A stretch of 19,188 nt of DNA from Candidatus Altiarchaeales archaeon IMC4 (GCA_001742785.1 MCBF01000001.1:962676-981863); one strand, 5' to 3'; shown: positions 7,342 through 15,761, counted from the first letter of the stretch. Made by a program: numbers and translations. The notes: a model not told the origin generated them from the sequence alone.

Positions 7342-7376
7342 AAAAAAAGAAAAAGAGGGGTGCAAAGGCACACCCC
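7342..7376 (-). terminator. Hairpin plus T-tract terminator downstream of the giant gene
   Basis: Minus strand GGGGTG-tgcctttg-CACCCC followed by tctttttcttttttt, 18 nt after the stop at 7394. Confidence 0.7.
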
Positions 7377-7393
7377 GATTCAGGCGCCTGACA

Positions 7394-10300
7394 TCAGGCA
7401 GTCATGGTCCAGTTGCCCGCATTCTCCACGTACGCAAAGTAACCCCTGCCAGTCGTCATGTTGAAATTAACGCCACTTGTTCCATCCCACGTCTCGAACC
7501 CGCTACCCGTGTACCTTGCCACTGACAAGCAGTCTGCTATGCCTGCCATGGTTTCGTTGGCAGTAGTTGCTTTAATCAGGCCTATAACGTTCCAGCCCTG
7601 CTCAAGATACACGGTTACGTTGGTTACCTCATCGCCGGTTAGGCTGACATTGGCGGGTGCCGGGCAGTAAGCGTAGTAGCCCTCGCCCATGTTCACGGCG
7701 AAATTAAACATCGTGGTGTCTTTCATGTGCGTCATCATGCCGCCGTTTTCGTACTTGGACATCATGGTGCAGCCTGAGGTGTCAAGTAGTGATTCCGCAT
7801 TGCCGTACCCTGTATTGCTCAGAGGTAAAGACACCACGTTCCAGCCCAGGGACAGCACGAGGGTCTCGTTTTGGGCCGCCGCAACTACCGTCCCGGTCGC
7901 CATGTAGGTCGTGAAACCCAGCGAGACCGGAATCTTGATGGTGATGGTCGCGTTGTTGCATACCTTGTCCGTGGAACTCGTTACCTCGGTACAGTTCTGC
8001 CCGTCATCGTTGCAGTTTTTTATAGTGAGGTTGGTGCAGTTTATCCCCGGGTTCGGCACCGTCAGCTCCACACCTTCCACACCAAGGTTCTGGAACAGGT
8101 CCTGCCACTTGTCAGAATCCAGCCCAAGGAATTTTGTCCCGTTCGAGGCATTGCCTCCGAGCATGCCGCCGGTTATATTAACCGTTTTTGCATCAAGCAT
8201 TTTTGCTCCTTTCAACAAAAGGCTCCAGTTCTCGCTTGGGTTCCTCATGCGGATGTTCACGTACTTGCCTGTCGTGCAGTTTATCCGCACCCCGGTCATC
8301 GACATGTCCTTGCCCAGGACGTCCCATGTACCGTCCGCATTCCAGTCGAAGTCGAAAACCATGCTGGACATCATTGAATTATTTGCGTCGCCTTCGAAGA
8401 CAAACCTGAAGGTGAAGTTCCTGCATGAGCTCAATGTCGTGAAATTAAGGCACCCAGACAGCGCGCAGTTCCCCGACGGGTCGCAGTTCTGCATCTTGTA
8501 GAAGTAGCTTGTGTTCTGCTCAAGAGTGTAGTTCAGTTTGTAGGGGTTGAACTGGAAGTTGTCAATCGGCGCGAAGTGCGGCATCTTGAAGTCGTCGAAC
8601 TTGCAGAAGTCTCCTGTTGCATTACAATTCGGATCCCCGTTATCTATAATAGTCCTGTTCAGGGTGCCGCATGCCGAATCCGTTTTGTAGAACAGTATGC
8701 TCCCGTTCGAGGGCTCGTTGGTGTCGAACATTACGAACGCGCCGTCGTTGAACTTCTCAACGTTGTGCCTTGTAACCCTTGGTGCTATGTGGTCGTTCGG
8801 GTCTTTGGTCCAGTTAAAAGCAGCCGCTCCCCCCGTAAGGCAACGCGGAGTGCCCCTGCAGTGCGTCTCGTTGCAGTCCACCAGTCCGTTGCCGTCGTTG
8901 TCTATGCCGTCTGGATAGCAGTCCTCGACCTGAACGAAACCGAATCTCTTTATGTCCTGGCAGTCCGGGTCGTTCTCCGAAGTGAAGCCGTCCCCGTCAA
9001 GGTCCTGCCCTGGCGCCCTGCAATCCTCGAACCTGAAGTCCGCGGTTCCCGGGGTGTACCAGCCGGGGCCTATCTTGTCAAGCGGGGTTGACATGTTTGT
9101 CGTGTTGTCGGCGCTTGTTGCATAAATCCTCATAAGTTTCGTCGGGTCGAACAGGTTCGGGAATTTCTTCAGGTCGGTCTTGTCAACGGCAACCATTCCG
9201 CCGCCCAGTTCCTGGCACATCTTTCTCGTCCAGCTTGAGAGTTTTATCTGCGTCGGGGCCCAATCGCCGCTTACGCATTTGTACGCTACGCGGATTTCAC
9301 TGAGGTTGTTGTTGAGCATCTGCCCCTCGTACTTGAAGAAGAACTCGAAACCCGTCTGGTTGCTGGTACTGCTGTCTCTTGCGTTGCAGTTGTTCGTCCC
9401 ATTGCCGTCGGTGTCCAGGTACCAGTAGAATTTCGTCGTCTTGGATGCACCGGGGTTAAACTCATGGCAGATTGCCGCGGAGTAAATGTTGGAAACGCCA
9501 AGCCCGAAACCGAAGCTGGCCGGGCTGTCCTTTATGCCCAATAAGCAGATATCCGACTGGCTGCTGTTTATGTCTTCATGGCTTCCGGGGCCGCACGGAT
9601 CCCTTGCAATTTCAACCGGCGGGCCGCCTTCCATGCTGCCGAACATTTCGTTCATCATCTTCGGGTTGCAGAAGCCGGAAACAACCATGCACTGCGGGTC
9701 GCTACCGCACGCAGTTGTATCAAGACCCATGCACCTTGGCTCGCAGTGGTTGAACACCCACTTGCAGAGGGTTTCATTCCATGATGGCGCCTCGCACGAC
9801 TCTTTATTTTGTTGTCTTGTCTTGTTCATGAAGCACTGCGCAACCTTCGGCCCGCAGAATGCCCCACTCATACCTTGGCCGCCCATTCCGCCTTCGATCC
9901 ATGCGCACCCCGAATCCGATAGGTTGGCGCATGCTGCTTGTTGTACACTTGGGTCCGGACTATTCATCATGGCCGCGCCGCAGGTCTGCCTACTAAGCGC
10001 CTTGTTAACATCGCATGACGCTCCGCCAGGCGCATTTATCCATGCGCAGGTCTGGTTGTACTCGCCGCAGGACGATTCGTTCATATGCATCGGGCAGTCG
10101 TCCATTTTTGCAAACTTCTTGGGTTCGCAGAAACCTTGCTGGATCTGGCAGTAACTGTTTGCATGGCACCCGGTGGCATTAAGCATGAAACATACAGGCT
10201 CGCAGTGGCCGGGGCTGCCCCCATAATCCTGCACCCATGAACACCCTGATTGGTTTGCGCAGGAACCGTTGTCCATGTTGTTGTTACATGTGAACAGTTT

Positions 10301-12529
10301 GAAGTCGCAGAACCCTGTTGGTATATCTGATACACATATGCTGCCCATACTTTCCCAACTGCACCCAGGAGTATTGATACATGGGTCTATCTGAGTTATG
10401 CCGCCACAATCCATACTGTTTTGTTGTCTCCACACACAGATATTATTTGAAGCATTGCAGGCGGTTTCGTTATTTCCAGCATGGAAACATACCTGTGCCA
10501 TCGATTTGTTCACGTCGCAGTCTTGCTGTGTAATCCAATTACATGTATCGTTTCGCTCGTTGCATAAGTTCTGGTTGCCCTCTGCCATGAAACACAACTC
10601 CTCCTCGCGCCCACAGAAATAACAGGTGTCGCAAAACTGGTCTCTAATCCATGCGCAGCCTGGCGTGTTCACACAGGTAGTATTATCATCATGATGCCTA
10701 CCGCAGTCGTTTCCTGAGTTGCCGCCGCAGAACTGGTCGAACGTGCAGTCGCTGTCTGCGCAGTCAATCTTCTGGTCGCCGTTATCGTCAACTCCGTTGA
10801 AGCAGATTTCTCCGCTGAACACCTTGGGTTTGCAGACGTTATCTATGTCCCACTTACACGTAATGTTCCCACCTAACCCCTGCCGGTCACAACTTGCACT
10901 ATCATAGCACATGAAGCAGTCCTGGTCGCAGGATTTTACGTTATTTTTATCGCACCAGCCGCTCGTGTTCTGCTGGTTGTCCCAGAACCACTTACAACCG
11001 GCCTTGCTGTTATCGCAGCGGTCTTTTGCCTTTGCAGGCGTTTCCGCAAAGCAGTCGAAGCAGTTCATGTCGCAGTTGCCGCCGCCGAAGTTAATCTGCT
11101 GCAGAGGGAAGCACCATCCGGGCGCTCCGCCATCCTGCTTGCTCATTGAAATGTTATTAGGGTCCTGCTCCCAGTAGCAGAAACCAAGCGCGCTTCCTTC
11201 GCACGCCGCGGTCGCCGCACTGATGTTTTCCCACCTGCCGCTTGGGCTGCCGGCCTGCCCTGGCTTATACTCGCACGCCCAGCAGTCGTTGTCGCAGGTC
11301 TGCATTCCGGTTCCCATCTCGCACCATTCGTCCTTTACGCTTTTCTCACCGTACTGGTCTATAACCGTGTAGAACTCCACGCGCCACTTCCCGCCTGCGG
11401 CTTCGCAGTTGGACTGGCTCTGGATGTCCCCGAAATTCCCGCTGCCGTTAAACATCTTGTCCTGCCTGAAGCTGCACTTATTGCTTACATTGTCCCATGT
11501 GCACGGCATGAAATATGGCATACCCGCAATCTCGTCGCAGTCGGCCTTTGTCGTAACGTTCCAGTCATTGCAAAAGTTCTTTCCTTGGGGCGGCATTATA
11601 TTGTGGCACGAATTATTAGTTGTAAGCTCCTGGCATGTGCTGTTAACCCACTGGCAGCATGTCGAAAGCATCGGTATCTTGTTGCACATACTCTGGTCGG
11701 TTATGTTCTGGCACGCAATCTGCTGGTTCGGGCCTCCCCCCTGGCACAATCCGATTCCCATCCCATAACACGGGTTTCCGCTTGAATTAACGTTGGTCGC
11801 GTTGCAGTATGTGCACCCCATGACAAAACGGCACGAATTCTCGTTGAAATCAAAATTCCAGCAGCCGGCGCTCCCGGGTCCACTCGGTCCCGGTCCGCCC
11901 GGCCCATGTCCGCCCGGTCCTGGGCCACTTTGCTCCATGCACACCTGTGCAAAGCCCTCCCAAAAACAGTTCATGCCTTGCTGCTGGGCGTTAAAACATT
12001 CCTGCTGTTCATACGAGGCGCAGCCGGTTGCAGGCCGCTCTCCAACGACGTTCGAGCTGTTGTCCTGGTACCTGTAATCGAATATGATGTATGATGAATC
12101 CGCGCTTATGTTGTCAACGACGAATGCCCCGTAATTGCCTTCGGAGGTTACTATCGAAAGGCCGTCCGTAGCCATGTACAACGGGAACGACGGAGTATAC
12201 ATCGACATCGACCCGTTCATTTCAGAAACCTTCCAGACGTTACTGATGTTCACGCCCGGCCCGATGCCCTTTATCTTCCCGGAGGCGTTCGCGTGGAGCG
12301 TCCACGGGTTCATGCAACCCTGATTATTCTGGGAGCAGTTACCGGAGAACGTTAAGTCGCAATTGGAAATATTGAGGGTTACATTGCCGGCCGAGAAATC
12401 GAAACATTGCCCCGCGTTCAGGGTTTTGTCGTTTCCGGTAGAAACGGCAGCAGCAGCGTACGAAGACAGCAGAATTATCACGGCAGACACAAAAAGAAGA
12501 TCCCTATTTTTAAAACCAATGGTTGTCAT
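7394..12529 (-). CDS. Giant secreted Cys-rich repeat surface glycoprotein (1711 aa)
   Basis: Signal peptide (…VIILLSSYAAAA). About 19 C-x-C-x-C-x-W-x-C type modules, a Gly/Pro linker, DxD/NxDG Ca-binding-like loops, an FN3-like segment (FDTNEPSNGSI…LEQNTSYFYK), two C-terminal LxxGWN…GxGY repeats and many NxS/T sequons. Confidence 0.85.
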   Translation of the reverse strand: MTTIGFKNRDLLFVSAVIILLSSYAAAAVSTGNDKTLNAGQCFDFSAGNVTLNISNCDLTFSGNCSQNNQGCMNPWTLHANASGKIKGIGPGVNISNVWKVSEMNGSMSMYTPSFPLYMATDGLSIVTSEGNYGAFVVDNISADSSYIIFDYRYQDNSSNVVGERPATGCASYEQQECFNAQQQGMNCFWEGFAQVCMEQSGPGPGGHGPGGPGPSGPGSAGCWNFDFNENSCRFVMGCTYCNATNVNSSGNPCYGMGIGLCQGGGPNQQIACQNITDQSMCNKIPMLSTCCQWVNSTCQELTTNNSCHNIMPPQGKNFCNDWNVTTKADCDEIAGMPYFMPCTWDNVSNKCSFRQDKMFNGSGNFGDIQSQSNCEAAGGKWRVEFYTVIDQYGEKSVKDEWCEMGTGMQTCDNDCWACEYKPGQAGSPSGRWENISAATAACEGSALGFCYWEQDPNNISMSKQDGGAPGWCFPLQQINFGGGNCDMNCFDCFAETPAKAKDRCDNSKAGCKWFWDNQQNTSGWCDKNNVKSCDQDCFMCYDSASCDRQGLGGNITCKWDIDNVCKPKVFSGEICFNGVDDNGDQKIDCADSDCTFDQFCGGNSGNDCGRHHDDNTTCVNTPGCAWIRDQFCDTCYFCGREEELCFMAEGNQNLCNERNDTCNWITQQDCDVNKSMAQVCFHAGNNETACNASNNICVWRQQNSMDCGGITQIDPCINTPGCSWESMGSICVSDIPTGFCDFKLFTCNNNMDNGSCANQSGCSWVQDYGGSPGHCEPVCFMLNATGCHANSYCQIQQGFCEPKKFAKMDDCPMHMNESSCGEYNQTCAWINAPGGASCDVNKALSRQTCGAAMMNSPDPSVQQAACANLSDSGCAWIEGGMGGQGMSGAFCGPKVAQCFMNKTRQQNKESCEAPSWNETLCKWVFNHCEPRCMGLDTTACGSDPQCMVVSGFCNPKMMNEMFGSMEGGPPVEIARDPCGPGSHEDINSSQSDICLLGIKDSPASFGFGLGVSNIYSAAICHEFNPGASKTTKFYWYLDTDGNGTNNCNARDSSTSNQTGFEFFFKYEGQMLNNNLSEIRVAYKCVSGDWAPTQIKLSSWTRKMCQELGGGMVAVDKTDLKKFPNLFDPTKLMRIYATSADNTTNMSTPLDKIGPGWYTPGTADFRFEDCRAPGQDLDGDGFTSENDPDCQDIKRFGFVQVEDCYPDGIDNDGNGLVDCNETHCRGTPRCLTGGAAAFNWTKDPNDHIAPRVTRHNVEKFNDGAFVMFDTNEPSNGSILFYKTDSACGTLNRTIIDNGDPNCNATGDFCKFDDFKMPHFAPIDNFQFNPYKLNYTLEQNTSYFYKMQNCDPSGNCALSGCLNFTTLSSCRNFTFRFVFEGDANNSMMSSMVFDFDWNADGTWDVLGKDMSMTGVRINCTTGKYVNIRMRNPSENWSLLLKGAKMLDAKTVNITGGMLGGNASNGTKFLGLDSDKWQDLFQNLGVEGVELTVPNPGINCTNLTIKNCNDDGQNCTEVTSSTDKVCNNATITIKIPVSLGFTTYMATGTVVAAAQNETLVLSLGWNVVSLPLSNTGYGNAESLLDTSGCTMMSKYENGGMMTHMKDTTMFNFAVNMGEGYYAYCPAPANVSLTGDEVTNVTVYLEQGWNVIGLIKATTANETMAGIADCLSVARYTGSGFETWDGTSGVNFNMTTGRGYFAYVENAGNWTMTA

Positions 12530-12551
12530 TGTAAGACATTAGTATTTCAGG

Positions 12552-12559
12552 TATAAAAA
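12552..12559. promoter_or_regulatory. Candidate TATA element centred between the divergent giant gene and rfcL
   Basis: tataaaaa (+) / tttttata (-) lies 22-23 nt from both start codons in a 51-bp intergenic gap. Confidence 0.45.
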
Positions 12560-12580
12560 TCCGCACTCCAATTCTTAACC

Positions 12581-13711
12581 ATGTGGACCCAAAAGTACCG
12601 CCCGAGGAAGCTGGACGAGGTTCTGGGCAACCAGAAGGCGGTCGAAATGCTCAGGCAGTACCACTGGAGGCGGCCGCTTATCCTGCACGGCGCCCAGGGC
12701 ACGGGCAAGTCGTCGCTGGTCGAGGCATTGGCGCGCGAAACGGGCTGGGACATTGTCGAGATAAGCGACGAGAACATCCCAAGCGCAAAGACGATCTGCG
12801 AGACCGCAAGCATCTTCGGCGGCAGGAAGCTGATACTCATCGACAACGCGGATGAGATAAGGGACATAAAGGAGGTCGCTGAGATAGTGAAATCCACGAA
12901 GAACCCGATGGTCCTGACGACGACGGACCTGAAGTCAAAGCGCCTTGCGACTGTCAAGAAGTCTTGCGAAGAAGTGCAGGTGAGGAGGATGACATCCGCC
13001 TCGATAGAAAAATTCCTCGCGTTAATCCTGAAGAAGGAGGGCGTCGAGCCGGACATGGAGGTCGTCAAAAAGATAGCCGAAAACGCAAACGGCGACCTGC
13101 GCGCGGCGGTGAACGACCTCGAGACCGCGGCGAAGGGCGGCAGGATTGCCGGCGACTTCGAGGTTTCGGCAAGAGACTCCTCCATCGACATCTACAAGGC
13201 GATGAACGCCATATTCTCAAAGGACGCAAGGAGCGCCTTAGAATCGATGTGGGATTTGAACGAGCAGCCGAGGGACGTCCTTTTGTGGATTGACGAGAAC
13301 CTGCCTGGGGTTTACGGCGAGAAGAACGTGGGGGGCGCGATGCATTACCTCTCACGGGCGGACATATTCCTGGGCAGGATCCAAACAAGGCAGTACTGGG
13401 GATTCCTGAGGTATGCAAACCCGCTGATGTCGGCAGGGGTCAACGTGTCGAAACCGGAGAGGGTAGCCTTCGCGCCGTACCGCTTCCCGTCCTACTTCGC
13501 GAAGATGGGCTGGACGAAAAGGGAGCGGAGCCTCAAGCAGGGCATCGGCGAAAAATTATCCCCGGAGCTTCACGTTTCCGCGAAGGTGGCGGCAAGCGAG
13601 TACATCCCGCTCTTCAGGAACCTGATCAAGGCCGGAAAGATTGAGCCCGAGGAGATTGCCCGGCAGTTCAAGCTTGATGCCGAAGAGGTTGACTATCTGG
13701 CGGCCGTGTAG
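12581..13711 (+). CDS. rfcL: Replication factor C large subunit
   Basis: MWTQKYRP, Walker A GAQGTGKS, 'NGDLRAAVNDLE', 'LLWIDENLP', 'LSRADIFLGRI…QYWGFLRYA'. Confidence 0.93.
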   Translation: MWTQKYRPRKLDEVLGNQKAVEMLRQYHWRRPLILHGAQGTGKSSLVEALARETGWDIVEISDENIPSAKTICETASIFGGRKLILIDNADEIRDIKEVAEIVKSTKNPMVLTTTDLKSKRLATVKKSCEEVQVRRMTSASIEKFLALILKKEGVEPDMEVVKKIAENANGDLRAAVNDLETAAKGGRIAGDFEVSARDSSIDIYKAMNAIFSKDARSALESMWDLNEQPRDVLLWIDENLPGVYGEKNVGGAMHYLSRADIFLGRIQTRQYWGFLRYANPLMSAGVNVSKPERVAFAPYRFPSYFAKMGWTKRERSLKQGIGEKLSPELHVSAKVAASEYIPLFRNLIKAGKIEPEEIARQFKLDAEEVDYLAAV

Positions 13712-13771
13712 GGGAAAAATACAAGAAAATTTAAATTTAAACCCAGATGAAGAAAAAACCGGGTGGAAAAT

Positions 13772-15175
13772 ATGAGAAAAGAAGAACTTATTCAAAGACT
13801 TGGGGATATTGAATGGGAGGATTTTGAGGTAAAGGAAGCGAAATCCGAAGTCCCGAAAAGTTCTTGGGAAACAGTTAGTGCTTTTTCAAATACCTCAGGA
13901 GGGTGGCTTGTTTTTGGCGTTTCTAAAAAGGGGAAAGATTACGAGATTAAGGGCGTTGAAAATCCCGATAAGATAGGGCAGGATTTTACGACAGTATTGC
14001 GCGGGCAGAAGTTTAACCAAAAAATAATTACGGAGTGTAAAAAGTATATTTTTGGCTCTAAAACAATCCTCTCTTTTTACATCCCTCTTGCACAGAAAAA
14101 GCCGGTTTATTTCGACAACGTTAAGAATTCATTCATCCGATCGGGTTCCGGAGACAAGAGATTAACCGGGCAGGAAATTGATGCCTTATACCGGCAGTCC
14201 GCTTACGGAACGAAGGATAAGGAGACGGCAGAATTGACGATTAATGATCTGGACGCCCATACAATCGGGCAATACAGGCAATACCTGGAGAATATCAAAC
14301 CCGAACACCATTATAATAAGCTATCCGATATTGATTTTTTGACAAAAATAATGGCATTGGACAAGGGAAAGGCAACTATTGCGGGCCTTCTCGTTTTCGG
14401 GACAGAGGATTCCATTGCAACGGTTTTCAGCGATTTTAAAATCGATTATCTTGAGATTTTCGGGACTTCCTACGAGGATGCGCCCAGAAGATACGAATTC
14501 AGGCTTCCCGATTATCCGAACTTATTCCAATACTTTTTTTCGATTTACGAGAGGATGATTAAAAAAATCGATATTCCTTTTAAGATGAAAGGCGCGTTCA
14601 GGGATGAGAACCAGCCGCAAGTTAAGGCAATAAGGGAAGCGCTCGTTAACTTACTGATACATTCAGATTATTTTTCTCCGATGAAGCCGCGCATCAGGGT
14701 GTTCAGCAACAGGATCGAGTTTTTTAATCCGGGCGCGCTGCCCAAACCATACGAGGTATTGCAGAAAGGGGATATTTCTTTGCCCAGAAATCCTCTGATA
14801 ACAAAAATGTTCAGGGTGATAGATTTAGCTGAGAACGCAGGGTACGGATTTGATAAGATAATCAAGGGGTGGTTATCTCATTATAAGATAAAACCAGTTG
14901 TTAGCGGAGACATTGATAATTATAGGATCGAGTTCTTTTTTGATGAAAAAAACCTGAAAAAGAGGGTAGAAACCCCCCAGAAAACTGTGGAGAAAACTGT
15001 GGAGAAAATACTCCTGTTATTAAAAGAGAATCCAAAGATCACCCAAGCAGAACTTGCTGAAAAGGCCATCCTCTCGCGAAGAGGTGTTGAGTGGAATCTC
15101 TCAAAATTAAAGTCCGAAGGCAAGATTAGAAGGTCAGGCCCGGACAAAGGGGGTTATTGGGAAATTTTGAGATGA
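13772..15175 (+). CDS. Schlafen/AlbA_2 domain + HATPase_c_4-like (RecG_C-annotated) + C-terminal HTH protein
   Basis: 'EWEDFEVKEA…WETVSAFSNTSGGWLVFGV' (AlbA_2); 'REALVNLLIHSDY…RIEFFNPG…RNPLI…ENAGYG'; 'ENPKITQAELA…GPDKGGYWEI' HTH. AT-richer than its neighbours. Alternative GTG start at 13763. Confidence 0.88.
   Translation: MRKEELIQRLGDIEWEDFEVKEAKSEVPKSSWETVSAFSNTSGGWLVFGVSKKGKDYEIKGVENPDKIGQDFTTVLRGQKFNQKIITECKKYIFGSKTILSFYIPLAQKKPVYFDNVKNSFIRSGSGDKRLTGQEIDALYRQSAYGTKDKETAELTINDLDAHTIGQYRQYLENIKPEHHYNKLSDIDFLTKIMALDKGKATIAGLLVFGTEDSIATVFSDFKIDYLEIFGTSYEDAPRRYEFRLPDYPNLFQYFFSIYERMIKKIDIPFKMKGAFRDENQPQVKAIREALVNLLIHSDYFSPMKPRIRVFSNRIEFFNPGALPKPYEVLQKGDISLPRNPLITKMFRVIDLAENAGYGFDKIIKGWLSHYKIKPVVSGDIDNYRIEFFFDEKNLKKRVETPQKTVEKTVEKILLLLKENPKITQAELAEKAILSRRGVEWNLSKLKSEGKIRRSGPDKGGYWEILR
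14979..15008 (+). repeat. 12-nt tandem repeat (2.5 copies) encoding a KTVE linker
   Basis: agaaaactgtgg agaaaactgtgg agaaaa, just before the HTH domain. Confidence 0.8.
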
Positions 15176-15182
15176 GCATTCT

Positions 15183-15386
15183 TTGCGGGTGGTCGCAGGC
15201 TTTATGATCCCGACGTCGGACCTGAAGGCCAACTGCGTGCTGAAGGGGATACTGATTTCTTTTTTGATCCTTACACCCACTGCAATAATCATCGGGTGGG
15301 GCCAGCCGGCGAGCCTGATGCCGATCGGGGTTATGACCCTGCTCCTTGGCGGGCTACTCGGCTATTTCATCGGCAGGTTCTCGTAA
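15183..15386 (+). pseudogene. Probable 3' remnant of a small multi-pass membrane protein gene
   Basis: Protein-like hydrophobic frame (VVAGFMI…KGILISFLILTPTAIIIGW…SLMPIGVMTLLLGGLLGYFI) that begins mid-helix at a TTG with no evident RBS, 7 nt after the AlbA_2 stop; GC content rises abruptly here. Confidence 0.45.
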
Positions 15387-15455
15387 AAGAGGGCAGCCGA
15401 AAACCTGCAGCGCACGGCCCGCCGGTCGGGCGTTTCGTCGCCCCCCCATCGTCAG
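15386..15455. other. GC-rich structured element
   Basis: Overlapping hairpins gcccg/cgggc (15417-15431) and gggcg/cgccc (15428-15443), plus a longer outer helix on the minus strand followed by UUUU. Confidence 0.45.
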
Positions 15456-15517
15456 TAAGAAAAAATTTGGGTGAATGAAATGAGCCGTTAAATCAATGTT
15501 AGAAAAAAAAGATTCAC

Positions 15518-15679
15518 TTAAAGTTTTATTTTCCTTAATATTATTGAAAGGAATAAAGTGAATATAGCCGCTATTAAAAATGTGCTCCATGCAGGCTTAT
15601 CTATTGCTGATAGGAGTACTGCACCAGCACCTAATATTGCTGCCAATCCTGTACCACAAGCACTTATTTTAATTCCCAT
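15518..15679 (-). CDS. 53-aa two-helix membrane protein (not in ORF track)
   Basis: MGIKISACGTGLAAILGAGAVLLSAIDKPAWSTFLIAAIFTLFLSIILRKIKL*; ATG start, two hydrophobic segments, basic tail, T8 tract (15503-15510 on minus) right after the stop. Confidence 0.65.
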   Translation of the reverse strand: MGIKISACGTGLAAILGAGAVLLSAIDKPAWSTFLIAAIFTLFLSIILRKIKL

Positions 15680-15761
15680 TATGTTATATCAGAATGTATG
15701 GAGTTAAATACTCGAACCCCGCACCGAGCTTTTTTTGCATAGGGTCGTGAAAAATACTCGT

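Noticed and set aside
7305..7373. N-terminal extension of the FKBP ORF given by the track
   Set aside because: It runs through the hairpin and T-tract terminator; FKBP homology begins at MNRFVK (7304).
7394..12529. Multiheme cytochrome interpretation of the giant protein
   Set aside because: CxxC motifs are present but none is followed by His.
15386..15447. tRNA or functional hammerhead ribozyme
   Set aside because: The T-arm-like GCAG/CUGC stem lacks the UUCRA loop and there are no proper D or anticodon arms; hammerhead stem II, stem I and the NUH triplet are absent.
15354..15590. Track ORF of 78 aa on the minus strand
   Set aside because: It overlaps the more protein-like 53-aa ORF in another frame and runs through a T-tract and the structured element.
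15706..15760. tRNA T-loop-like fragment (GGGGTTCGAG on minus) and aaatactcg direct repeat as an att site
   Set aside because: Too short, no complementary T-stem, and no integrase nearby.
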